A stretch of DNA of 64,000 nucleotides from Amoebophrya sp. A120 (lineage: Eukaryota; Protista; Dinoflagellata), in assembly GCA_905178155.1 (NCBI GenBank), contig CAJINV010000010.1, positions 3,120,587 through 3,184,586 of the forward strand, given 5' to 3'. The notes under the pieces were generated by a model. It was not told the origin of the DNA, did not search any database, and worked only from the letters and a program-made list of their open reading frames with translations. The first letter of the stretch is position 1, and every line of letters starts with the position of its first letter. The translations under genes and the position numbers were made by a program. Positions 48,627 to 60,971 of this stretch are shown piece by piece.

Positions 48627-51600
48627 CTACTCATGACTCAGCTTTCCCACAAATCTGTTGTAGGTCTCCGAAAGATATCTTTTCGTCGCATTTTTGATAT
48701 CCGCGATGTTGACTTCGTGATCATTTTTTCCTCTTTCGTCTTGTTTTTCCGAGGTGGTGTCCTCGGTGCGACCACGTTTGTCATTTACATTTTCTACTCC
48801 ACTTGGTGCCGCAAGTTCTTCACTTGTTCCGCTTACTCCGTTACCAGTACCACCTTCACGACCCTGTTCCACTTCCTCGTCGGCCTGTTGACCGGATGTC
48901 CGTGACATCCGCCCTTCCTCTGGCACCGTTTCCAGAGATATCCTAGAGAAATACACTCATCTCGAAGATTCTTCTTACCCTCAATTTGTAATGCGTGGCA
49001 TGCATCAACAGCTGACGCTGACCCGTATATATTTTGACAGGTGAGGACCAAGACCATCGTCCACCTGTCGCATCACAAATCGAAGGTGAGAGCCTGACTC
49101 AGATTCTTGCTTTTCTCTTCGCATAAAAGACGTGCCGGCGCTGCTTGTGGAATCCCGCATCTGCGCCTCGTCGATTCCGTGCTCGTAAACCGTATTCAGG
49201 GTCGCTTGGATCCAGGTGTTCCGGGTTCTATCCTGTGCAAAAGTATCGTACTCGTAGTAATCCCAGTTATGCATGACAAATCGCCTTCCTAAGCTAAAAC
49301 AGCATGACAAATTTTATTTCTCATGCTGGGGAGATTTGTAATGCATTTATACGAGTACGATACTTTTGTAATGCATAGGTCCGGGGGTCCATCAATTCGA
49401 ACTTCTTTATGACCTGCTCAAACGTGACAATCTCAAACGTTACAATAGAATCTGGAATTTGTGTTGCATGACGCGCATGACAGACTCGCACCGCGTTCCA
49501 CCTTTTGCAATACAAATTTCGCCAGATTGTAGTGGGGTTTGGGGCGCCGGAACTTGTCATGCGCAATCCTATGAGAGTCGGCCAGGTCATGCACTCTTGC
49601 ATCACAGATTTCCGTATTCTATTGTAACGTTTGAGATTGTAGCACCTGAGCGGGTTATATTCTTGTAGCGGGGATTCTCGAAAAATGCGACCACGGCGTC
49701 TTGTTCGGAGAAATTTTCTTCTTCTTTTTCTTCAAGGATTTGTTCCTCGTCATGTTGTAGTTGTTCCGGCGGCGTGACGTGGTCCGCAGATCCAGAAGAT
49801 GCATCAACACAACCTGCATTACTACAGTTGTCGTCGGCGTTTTTCATATCACCGGCCTCCCTCACCCCCGCATTCACAAACTGTTTCCGCTCCTCCGGCA
49901 CGATTGCTGGCGAAGCAGTAACAACATTGTAGTTATCATTGCAACTAGAAGTACTGAAATTCTGCAGACTCATCAGACCAAAATTTTTTGAAGTGTTCGA
50001 AAGATTTTTGCTGTTGCAGAGAATAGAAGCGCTCGTACTACTATTCTTCGTCGTTCTCGTCCCAGGCTGCACGATAGAAGCTCTTGTGCTTGTCATGTTG
50101 TAGAAGTTCGTCGACGGAAACTGCACCTGAAAACAAGAAACTTGTCCAGCAGGAACAGCGAATCCTGACCCAGCACTAGAATTTGTCATGCTGCCCACAC
50201 AACTGCCGCGATCCGCTCCTCCTCCGCTAGAATTTGTCATGCTAGTCGGCGTAGGGTACCGTTGGTGATTCACGTGCGGCAAGCTGTAGGTGTAGGTGGA
50301 ACGACTTGGGATGGTCGGGGTTTTTGCGCAGCCAGAAGTGGTCGCAGTGCCAGTAGTCGAGGTTTTCTTGCCGTAGTTCAGCTTGGTCAACATCTCCTCC
50401 GTCGCAAAGTGCCCGTTGTCGCTCGTGCGGGTCAAAGTGGAAGTCTTCATCTGCGGGAGGTTGTGGTACGTCGGCGCAACAGGAGTACTCTTGGCACCTC
50501 CAACTACTACTACATCTTGCCCTGTTACAATATCTTGTCCACCGGGACGAACATCAACATGTTGGCTCGTCGTTAACGTTGTGTCGACAGTGCGAGTCAG
50601 CAGTGTGCTCGAGGCCGCAGTGGTGGTGGAGGTGCAGGAGCCCGGAACGGCAGTAGAACTGGCTAGTTCGGCGGAAGATCCACTATTTTTACAGTGATCC
50701 GCTTTGCTTTGCTTCGCTGCGTCCGCTGCTTCCGGAATAATTTTGTCTTTGTCGCGTGGTGGTGCTCCAGCTCCTGCTCCTGCAGGAGAGATGAACAATG
50801 GATCAGTTTTGTCGCCAGGGCCAGGCCGCTCCTGTAGTTCATCGCCCTTTTCTACTCCTTTGTCAGCTGCACAAGCATCCACTACCCGAGGAACAACCAT
50901 TTGCACCTGTTTCAACGTGGAAAACAGCTCCCCAATTTCCGAAAATTTCTTCCCCGAGTCCTTTGTCAGGCGGATCGGTTTTTTGCTGGCGAGTTGCTCT
51001 CTCGCCTTGTTCTTTAGCGACGAAAGTTTCGCATTCTTATTCACGGATGGTGTTCTTGCGCTACTGGTTCCGCTCGTCGGAGATGCGGCACATGATGCGC
51101 GGCCTTTGGAGGTGACCGCAGCTGCTGTTGTACTGGTCATCTTCTCACGAGATCCTCCAGCCGCAGATGGAAGTGCACTGGCGCCCGCAAATAAGTTGTA
51201 GCCTGAGATTATTTCCTTGTTGCACGGGGGAGGAGGATCAGCAGTTGTACCAGAAAGATGCGGACATTGTTGTTGACCTACCGCTAGCGTGGACGTGGTC
51301 GGCGGCCGCACGGTAGACGTAGTGCCATAAGTGGAAACCGGTCTCGTGCTGATCCGCGTGTCTGTGATCACTTCTACCTTCAGACTAGTATTGGGCTGTT
51401 GGAGGACGGAAGTTTCGAACTTTGCGTCGAGCTATGCTTTGCAAAACTAGTATCCGTATCGTACTTACTTACTAGTATATATAAATCGCATGACAAATTT
51501 TCTCAGCATGAAAAATAAAATTTGTGATGCGCATTCGACTTGAGAAAGAGATTTGTAATGCATGACTACGATTACTACGAGTACGACACTTTTGCACAGG

Positions 51601-54600
51601 ATACGAGTAAATTGAAATCCGGGTACTTGAAGAGGCGGCGGATCACCTCGACCTGATTGGTCTTCGGCTTTATGCTGGTGACGGTCGCTGCAGCGGCAGG
51701 AGCGCCAGCGGTGGAACTCGAACTAGTCTTCTCGCCGGGTTGTAGATGAAGCGCCTCGAGTTGTCCCGTCGGCCGGTGAAGGTCCTGCACCTCCTCCACT
51801 CGTTTTTCGTCGAGCAAGGTCTTTACAACAACTCCTCCTCCGGTATGTTGACTGGTCGTGCCGGAAGTAGAGACCTCAGCGGCTGACTGCGGCTGTGCAA
51901 TCGCAATAGAGCCAGCTGTTGCCACAGCCGCTTGGCATAATTCGTTCTCCACTTGCACCACTTCTTTCGCAGCTTTGTCCCCAACCGCTTCTTTGATCTT
52001 CTCCAAAACAAGCTTCGGGCCGGTGCTGTGCTTGATTTTTGTTTTTGTAACATCAGCAGCTTCTTCAACCTGTACGCGTACTTCAACTTCTGCTGCTGGA
52101 TTAAGATTATGTTCACCTGCGGCCGCAAGCAGCGTACCCTTGTCTTCAACTACAGGACCATCGCCACAACTGTTTTCGCCATTTTGTTCGTTACTTTCGT
52201 ATTTGGGAATAGCAGCTCTCGTGGCGGTGTCGTCCTTCGTTGCAGAAGAACTGTCGCGGACCTCTGCTGCCTCCGGCTTTCCCATTCCAGGAGTCGCCGG
52301 CGCGAATGGTGCAGAGGTCTGCGCAACTTCTACATCGGCATGTGCCAGAGAACCTGCTTCAGCCTCAGCTCGTTTTTCGTCTTCCGCTGCAGCTGAACAA
52401 GTTTGCTCACCTGACTCGACGTCTCTCTCGTTCACACGACCAGCACCCCCTTCCGGACTGCTCGCCGATTGGACAAACTGCACGGTTTCGCGACCCCGCT
52501 TCTCCGTAAACAATGATCCATCGTCATCGTTTTCTTCTTCTTCGCATGCATTGCAAAACTAAACGCACTAGGAAAAAATGCATTACAAATTTTATCAAGA
52601 AGAAAAATGCAATTATTTGTCATGCGTGTTCGGGTAGAGACTTGGATTTGTCATGCATGGCTGCATTCACTACGAGCACGATACTTTTGTAGAGGATACT
52701 TCCTTTTCCAACCGCGACGAAATGACGACCGGGGGAGTTTTATGAACTGCAAAAGTATCGCACTCGTATAAATGCATTACAAATTTCCTCAGCATGAGAA
52801 ATAAAATTTGTAATGCAGATTTGACTTGAGCACAAGACTTGTAATGCATGATTGCAATACGAGTACGATACTTTTGCACAGGATAAGTTTGTGTCTGCTG
52901 ATCCACGACTAAACGTTGGGTCCGGCGCTCCATTTCGGAAAGCAGGTTGTAGGAACCTGCGTCAGGCTGGGCTTCCTCGTGAGGTTGTAGATCGTCAAGA
53001 ACCGCCACATCGGCCGCGGCGGGGGAATTCATTTTATTCATCTTCCCCTTCTCCGGCGGGATAGGGGTTTTCGGAATGTTGTCACTGGGAAAAAATTTCT
53101 TTGCAGTCGTGTTGAACCTCGCAATTTTGTTGTTTCTCGTCAACAGCAGCTGATTAGCATGCGAAGTACAAGAAGCCCCAGCACTCTCGGTTTGGTTCGG
53201 ATGAACTACCCCCGGTGCATGAGCTCCTGTAGTAGTTCCCAGAGGCTTGACGCAAAGCTTCTTCTTGGTCAAAATCCACGTGTTTTGCTGCAGAAAATTC
53301 GGCAGCAGAGGACCACCACATGGGGTTTTAATACTTTCGGAACCAGGGCGGGTTTGAGACTCGTCCTGCGGCTGTGTCTGCGGCCCCTGTAGTACGGTTG
53401 CTGCACCCTGCTGACCAATGACCTGCTCCGCACCTCGCGCATCGATTTCGTTACTTGTTGTACTAGCATGACCTCCTCGTGGTCCGCCAAATAAAGCATT
53501 TGGAGGTGCAGCTGCCATCAGATTCATCGTACCCACCTGCAAGTTCAAGTTCAGCGGCTGGATTTTGTTCATGTGCAGCGGCTGTGGCTTCTGGCCTTTG
53601 GTAATCTTTGTTCCAATTCCAAAAAGCTGCAACTTCGTACTGGTAGTGGCTCCTGTGATGTGGGATAATGTTGAAGCGCCTGCACTTGTAGTACTCATGG
53701 TGCCGCTGCCCCCACTGACACCGCCTCTCGAACAAGATGACACCGGTACAGTCTGCGCGCCACTGGAAAGGAGCTTCATCTTCGCACCAGTTCTTGATGA
53801 TGATGTAGGTGCACCAGCATAAGAAGCAGCTGCAGTACCAGTAGCTCCTCCGGCTCTCTCAAGAGAAGTCCTGTTAATCCTCTGGTGCGCCGACATCCTT
53901 GACGCCTTGGAAGAAACACACGGCGGCGACGGCGTTCTTGTGGGCAGCACCGTGGCGTAGCTGGAGAACGCTTGGTCTTCGAGCAACGGCGGGCTTGTAC
54001 CGCAGGGAAAAAAGCTAGCATATAATGGCGTTGATTTGCATTGCAAAAAGCATAAATGTACTGCGCAAAAAAGGTTCCTTTTGTAGTGCACAAGCATCAA
54101 GCAGTGCCGGGGGCACCTCCTTGACCTTGAGTGAGAAGTTCATTGAAATGTCACGATTGATTTTGTGCCATTGCACATTGATGAGAATTGCGACTTTGAT
54201 ATGCTAAACTCTGATCAATCTGATAGCTGGACAGGTGTTTTGTCGGGGACAAGGACTGCGCCACGCACCGGGAGTACTGGCGACGATTGGTGAAATCCCC
54301 GACATCCTGTTCCTGGCCTTCCCGCCGGGGCACGCCGGCTGATGTGCAGCTGTCGAAATAAAGAACCGCTGTGTCTCTACTACTACTTTTTCCAGCTGCT
54401 GCACCCCCTCGTCCAGCTGCAGTCGTGGATAGTCTGGAATTCGCTGTTACCGCGGTGCTGTACCTCAAGTTTTCCGGATCAATAGTCATTACCGAATCGT
54501 GGTTGTGCTGCCTGGTTGTCGGCGCGCAAGTAGGACCGATAGTTGTGCCGGTCGTTGACATCCGCGTTGCTGCATTTTCCGCATCTTCAACTCCGGTTTT

Positions 54601-57600
54601 TTTACTCGCAGTCGGCGGGGAAGAAGTAGAGGACTGAAGTTTCTTTATTTCGTCAGAATCTTTTTCGAGGACGTCGTCCTGCTGATCCCCTTTCCCGCCA
54701 GCTGGTGACGCTGGGCCGCGTAGTAAACCTGGAGAGACAACCCACTGCCTTCCCGTCTTGTTTGCGATGAAATGTTTCTCTTCGGTCATAGGGGCATCAT
54801 CTTGCTCGTGACTGACCCGCGCTGTAGATCGTTCGTCTTTGTCAGCTGCAGCAGAAATTGTGTTTGTGGCCCCCGCTCGACTATCAGCATGATCCGCCGT
54901 GGTCCTTCGCGGGCCCGTGATCCCTTCTGCGAGCACCAGGGAAACCGGGTGCGCGACCCGTCTCGCGCTGTAAGGGGGGAAGTTGCTGCTCGTTCCGTCG
55001 TCCGTTTCGTCCTCTTCGGACGCCGAGCCGGAGGAGATGCTATGCGTTGAAAGTATGTGGTCTAGGTCTGGATTTGTCATGCGGGTCTGGAAGGACAGCA
55101 AGATCTGTGATGCATAAATGCCATTCTTTGGTAAATTATCTCTCCGCATTAATGTTAATCGGGAAGAACCTGAGGGAAAGAACTTCTCTTGCTATTATGC
55201 CATACAAGCGGCCAACCTGCAATGCAGATACCAGCAATACAAATTTCGAACAAACCAAAAGACCACACGTTTGCATTTGTGTTTCATAAATGCCCCCGAT
55301 GTTCGATTTTTTCTCCAAGTCAACGGAGGAGGAAGTGAAGTTGGCACTTTGCTGGCATGAAACAGCTATCCAGCGAAAAAGCATCGCACACGACTACTGG
55401 TGTAAATATCTATCTATATCATCGCAGTCATGCATGACAGATTTATTGGATAACGGAAAACAGAATTACAAATTTCATTTTTACTCATGGCTAAATTTGT
55501 ATTGCAAGTCTAGAAGTACGTCGATACTTTTGCAATGCATAACGGCCTTCTTCTTTTCGTCCTCGGGTGAACAACGGGCGGCGGACTCGAGCCGGACTGC
55601 TTCGGAATCAACATGGTCGGAGGTTACGCCAGAGGGCTCGTCAACAATTACAGCATGATGTTGATCCGTGCAGCTCCTGTGGAAGTCGTCTACCGCAAGT
55701 GGTTCGTGGTTCATGCTGGCAGGATGTTCGGTCTGTGCAGTTTTGGCCGACATTCTTTCTGCATCTGCGCTGTAATTTGCATCTGCATGTGAAATTTTGC
55801 CTCGCTCAGTTGCACCTTCTGCTTCGCGTGCGTGTTCCTGATCTCCGCCCCCGAGGATTTCCACCTGACCGGTGGAAGCTTGTGATGCTCCCGCTCCTCC
55901 CGGGTGGTCAGCATTAGTGTCATTCTCATCTGCCTGGGAAAAGCAGCTTTCCAACTTCTCCTTGGAAAAGTCTGCAACGGACTTCGTATCCTGTGCAAAA
56001 GTATCGTACTGGTACTCGTATATTAATCAATGCATTACAAATTTCCTCAGCATGAGAAACAAATAGAATTTGTAATACGGATTTACCTTAAGAAAAAGAT
56101 TTGCCATGCAAGACTTGCATTTATACGAGTACGATACTTTTGCACAGGATACTTCGCGTCCTCAAACGATCGCCACGTGTCTCCGGGACTGGTCATATAA
56201 TCGTATGCAAGAAAAAAACTGTGTATAGTGTATATTTGTGTTGCAGAGGATGCAACAGAGTTATACCTGTCATGGCAGACAGCCATGAAGTCCTCTTTTC
56301 ATGTGTGTTTTCCCTTGCAAACCATGCATGACAGGTTTTCTCTGTCATGTAGAGCAAATTTGTGATGCTGTTCCTCAAACAAAGTTACACTTACACACTT
56401 TTTTTCCTGGATAAATCGTTGTAATTATTGTTCAATGAATTATTATCGCTCTTCGACTTCGCCAAGTTCTTGTCGTTGTCCCCCGACTGCTGCTGTGTGG
56501 TTGAAATAAATTGCTCCACCTCCATTTGATCGATCTCCAATTCGTTCGAGGTCACAAACGCCGACGTCCGAGCGGTCAAGAAGGGCTCCGTGTAGGAATC
56601 GATGTCGTCGTCTACTTCAACAGCTCCTTGCTTCACGACCTTTTGGCTTGTTTGCATTTGCTGGGGGTTACAAGCAGCTGCCCCCCCGGTAACCACGGTG
56701 TCATTGTCATTGTCAGTGTCATTGTCAGCATCTCCATCATCTGCTGGCTCCTGTTGATGCTCCTCACGATGTTGAGCATCCTCAGCACTTCCTTGCTGAT
56801 TCGCATCTTCACACACTTTCGTAACCTGATCCAGAAATTTTTTCATGTTCACCACCTCTTCCTGGACGGATTCCTGCTCCATTGGCTCGTCCAGCGGAGG
56901 GCTGTCCAGGATTTCGTCCTCGTTTTGGTCGGTTTTCGTGGTTGTAGAACAAATAGGAACCTTATTGACTTGTGAAGATGCAGAAGCGGCGGGAAGATCT
57001 TCTTTAGGCGCTGCTGCAACGCTGTCCGTAGTGCCTTGCCCTTGTCCTTCGCTCGTTGTCGAAGTTTTGATACAGGTGTTATTGAAGGAAACCAGGGTGC
57101 TTTCGCCGTCCGGAGATGCCTGCTCTTGACCGCCGAGGTGGCTGCTGGTGATATCATTCGCTTTTGGAGGTTTTGCAGTGGCACAACTGGCAGTGTTATC
57201 TACATGTACCTTTTCAGTCTCGAACGCCGCTCCTGCTGCGCCTCCGGCCTTCTGGTTTTTCGGTTTCTTCTCCTCCGTGTTCTTGGACGTGGTTTTCTTT
57301 TCCTCGTCGGCATCGGCGTGGTCCGCATGTTGAGATGTACCGGACGACGCGCCGGAGAGATGGAGATTCTCTTGGGCATCATCTTCAACCTCGTCGTCGG
57401 GCTCCATTAAGGTGTTGCGCTTCCTGTTGTTCTTAACGCTCCCCGGCGCATCTTCACTAGGACTCGCGCGGCCATCTTGCTTCTTGCAAATATCCTCCAC
57501 CACCTCGGCAGTCTGGTCCTGCTCCTGCTCTGCGCTAGCAGCAGGACGGGCAGCGGTGCCGTCATGATTCCCGAGACGGTCTGTGGTCTCACCGTCGTGG

Positions 57601-59669
57601 TCTTTTTTTTCCGCCTCGTCCGTTACGGCGGCACCTTCTTTACCGGCACAACGACTAATCGTGCAGGAGCCAGTACCACCCGGTGTACTAGTTGCCGTCA
57701 TGTCTTCTACCCCCTTGCAATCCATCGCCGCTGGTACACCTGCACCGCCTCCAAGATTTTTGAGCGCCATAGCGGCCTTGACCAGATTCCGGGCCTTCAC
57801 CCATTTCGACTTTTTGAACACCGTCTTCCGCAATTTCGCACGACACCGCCGAGCGTTCTGTGTGATCTTCGCCTCAACTTGGCGCCACAGTGCGTGGAGG
57901 GCCTATGCAGGGCAAAAACTAGAACATTCGCGGCAACTATAAGCATACACTGCACTGCCGCTGTAAATTTGAATTTCAATTTTGTCAACAAAGAAATACA
58001 ATGGACAGGTCACCATGCAGACTCAGGCAAGAAAGCAGGTCTGTCATGCAAGACAAAGACTAAGATTGCAAGTTCTTTTGCACAGGATAGAAACTCGCGT
58101 TCCGCAAACTGGTTGTCGTGGCCGGACAGGAAACTAGACTATGAACTGCAAAAGTATCGCACTCGTATAAATGCATTACAAATTTCCTCAGCATGAAAAA
58201 TAAAATTTGTAATGCTGAGTTGCCTTCAGACAAAAATTTGTGATGCAAGGCTTGCATTTATACGAGTACGATACTTTTGCACAGGATATAGACGTCTCGT
58301 TGCTGATGTCGACCACGTTCGGACCAAAATTGCCGCTCTTGTCATGAACATGATGCGAGGAATTATCCAACAGCATGCTGCTATTGGACAAAGACGAGGA
58401 GAACAGGTTGTTCTTGACAGCGGAGGATAAGCCTGGAGGAGGAGAAGCAGCGGTAGGAGTAGTTCCAGCGCCAGGATAATTGTTCTCCGTCGCGAAAGTC
58501 GTCATGATCCCCGAGGAAGCAACAACTATACCGGTAGAAGAAGCTTTGTTCAACTTTTCGCGAAAGAGGGTCGCCGCTATGAAATGCAAAAGCATCGGAC
58601 TCGTGGAAATGCATGGCAAATTCCCTCAGCATGAGAAATGAAATTTGTAATGCGGATTTACCTTAAGAAAAAAACTTGTAATGCATGATTGCGATTACTA
58701 CGAGTACGATACTTTTGCACAGGATAGCCGCGGCTTCGCAGCAAATCTTCTCCAACTCCCGCACCCGGGCGGTCCAGGTCAATTCCGAAGTTACTTCGTC
58801 TTCCGCCTCGTTTTTCCGTGTCGTGGTTGTACTGGTACCTCCGGAAAACATCTTCTCGCTCTTGTCCGTTTTCGTTTTTGCATCCCGCCCAGGAAGCGGC
58901 TTGTTTTCTTTATCTTCTACTTCCGATTGTTCCGCTTCGCCTCCAGCGGTCGCAGGTTTAACAATCCCTGTTTCCCTTTCCGTCCTGTTGCCAGCAGTGA
59001 AGCCACGACCACTTTCATCCTCCACTAGAATTTTCTCTACTGCGTTTTCCTTGAGCAAGTCCACCGCCCGCAAGCACACGCTCTCCAGGGTAGCGGATAC
59101 CACCGCGACCAGAAACACGTGCGAGGACAGGTGCTCTTTTGGGGTGAATTTTTCTGTATCAAATGTAAAAATGGCTGGGTCTGGAAGAATGCAGATTTTT
59201 GTCATGCTGTTTTTGCATGACACAAAATGTTTGTCATGGAAGCCCTAGCATCAGAGATTTCGAGAAGCTTCCGCATTGCTTAATCCGCATGACAAATCCC
59301 CCACTTTGGTGACAGGAAGTGGGCACCTTTTGCTACCTATGCATGAGAGATTTCTCTGAGTTGTGAAATGCGCATCACAAGTTCGCATCCTTCCAGACCC
59401 AGACATTTTTACAATCCATATTCTGTCGCGAGGTGCCAAATGTCGGCCACCAGGTCGGCTACCGCTTGGTCGCGGTGCTCCGAGGAGGCGAGGGATGCGG
59501 TAGAGGAGAAATTGAGGACTTTATTCTCATTTCGCCGGTTGTTCTCGGGGGCACAAGAGGCTTCTTGCGTTGCGTATTTGTTTTCGTCGGGCGGTCCGAT
59601 TGATGGGCCGCGAAAGGAAGCCGTGAGAACAGCTTCGCAGCTGGCGAGACGCTGCGACACGGCTTCCAT
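48627..59669 (-). CDS. Very large low-complexity protein of unknown function, ~2718 aa, 15 introners
   Basis: All 15 junctions in frame under the element+5 rule (11043-2886=8157 nt); no domain recognised. Confidence 0.8.
48939..49125. mobile_element. Degenerate introner
   Basis: tatcct...gcata; DR AGAGA/AAAGA; in-frame removal. Confidence 0.7.
49229..49377. mobile_element. Introner family B
   Basis: DR GGTTC/GGTCC. Confidence 0.9.
49408..49659. mobile_element. Introner family D
   Basis: DR TTCTT/TTCTT. Confidence 0.9.
51433..51603. mobile_element. Introner family B
   Basis: DR CGAGC/CGAGT. Confidence 0.88.
52545..52698. mobile_element. Introner family B, left end CAT
   Basis: DR CTTCG/CTTCC. 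Confidence 0.85.
52741..52885. mobile_element. Introner family B
   Basis: DR AGTTT/AGTTT. Confidence 0.9.
54019..54225. mobile_element. Highly degenerate introner
   Basis: cat...gata; DR GCTAG/GCTGG; in-frame removal. Confidence 0.6.
55041..55288. mobile_element. Degenerate family A-like introner
   Basis: DR GATGC/AATGC; in-frame removal. Confidence 0.75.
55367..55541. mobile_element. Introner family B, aged
   Basis: DR ACAGC/ACGGC. Confidence 0.82.
55987..56151. mobile_element. Introner family B
   Basis: DR CTTCG/CTTCG. Confidence 0.9.
56204..56413. mobile_element. Introner family G
   Basis: DR AATCG/AATCG. Confidence 0.85.
57904..58089. mobile_element. Degenerate introner with decayed direct repeat
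   Basis: tatgcagggcaaaa...ttttgcacaggata; GGGCC/GAAAC; of two candidate left ends only this one restores frame. Confidence 0.7.
58140..58288. mobile_element. Introner family B
   Basis: DR TAGAC/TAGAC. Confidence 0.9.
58578..58726. mobile_element. Introner family B
   Basis: DR GCCGC/GCCGC. Confidence 0.9.
59157..59420. mobile_element. Introner family A
   Basis: DR TTCTG/TTCTG. Confidence 0.9.
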
Positions 59670-59885
59670 GACAGTATGTAGATTAAGGTTCTTCTTCTTT
59701 ACTGAGACTGACTGGTCGTGAGGTTCTTCTTCTTTACACTCGTCGTTTCTTGACCTTGAGCGGCAACGGCAGGACCCTTTTGCAGTTCTTCCTGTTCCAC
59801 AGCAGATGAACTACTGCTGGCGCTCGCGGCCGCGAACTGCAGTTCTTTGTCGTCCTTTTTCACATACTGATTCAGCATCTGCTTG

Positions 59886-60150
59886 TATCAAATGTAAAAA
59901 TGTCTGGGTCTGGAAGAATGCAACTTGCGATGCTGCATTTGGATTCCAAAAAAATCTGTATTGCATGAGTACCGAAGGGAATGCAATTTTTGCTACACTG
60001 AGAAGGTATTTGTCATGCGGAATAGGCATCTTCAAGAAGCGCTCACAAAATCTGTACTGCTAGTGTATGCATCACAGACATCATGGCTCATGCAAAACGT
60101 GCATGACAAGTGTCAGAACCTTCCAGACCCAGACATTTTTACAGTTGATA
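59886..60150. mobile_element. Introner family A (empty site at 62246-62250)
   Basis: DR GCTTG/GCTTG. Confidence 0.93.
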
Positions 60151-60181
60151 GCTTGTTTTGCTGGTTTTTTGGGCACTTGGA

Positions 60182-60330
60182 TATCCTGTGCAAAAGTATC
60201 GCACTCGTAGTAATTGCAGTCATGCATTACAAGTTTTTCTTTTAAGGTAAATCCGCATGACAAATTTTATTTCTCATGCTGGGGAAATTTGTAATGCATT
60301 TATACGAGTACGATACTTGTGCAATGCATA
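60182..60330. mobile_element. Introner family B (empty site at 62272-62276)
   Basis: DR TTGGA/TTGGA. Confidence 0.93.
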
Positions 60331-60971
60331 TTGGAACATGAGAACAGCTTCGCAGCTGGCGAGACGCTGCGACACGGCTTCCATGACAGTATGTAGATTA
60401 AGGTTTTGATACAGTTGTCGTGCGGTTTTCCAGAACAGATATAGAAGTCATTATTGATTCTCAACAAGTTTTTGGTCTTATCATTTGCTAGTTCTACCTT
60501 CTTATACTGAGGCACATCACAACGGGAAAGGGGTGCAAAACTGAAAATGTCCTTCGAACGATTTATGAACAGCATTACTTTACTCGCAGAAAAGAAACTA
60601 TACTCATACTGAACATATCTTGACACAGGAATGAAGATTCCACTGGTGCACAAGAACCAGAGCGAGGGGAAACAACGCCCCCAGAGAAAGCAATGACGAC
60701 ACGAAATAACACCATCCCACACATCGTCGTCGTCGAACAACTACCTATACTGTTGTTTATTCTTGTTAAGTAAAGCACTCAGATGAGATTGCTCTTTCGC
60801 CAGAATCTTGGACTTGGTTTCCGCGTTTCTACAATTATTCAAGCATAAATAGGTCCTTATTCATCGTGATGATTTGAACTTGCGAAGATGAAAGGAGGTG
60901 GAGACCGCCTGCGTGCAACAAGGCTAAAACTAAGCAGTTCCTAATCCTGCAGCTGATCGGGAGTGGTCTAC

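Larger units (their letters stand above)
59707..60337 (-). pseudogene. Diverged copy of an internal CobW-gene segment (62075-62278) carrying two introners, between identical 67-bp direct repeats (59624-59690, 60339-60405)
   Basis: Aligns to SKCPKNQQNKQMLNQYVKKDDKELQF...TTSQ with mostly synonymous changes. Confidence 0.85.

Noticed and set aside
50179-50245. Two gaatttgtcatgct motifs in an exon (also ~10444 and ~45485) as hidden introners
   Set aside because: No TAT/ATA ends or flanking repeat found and the frame is open; chance or exonised relic, unsupported.
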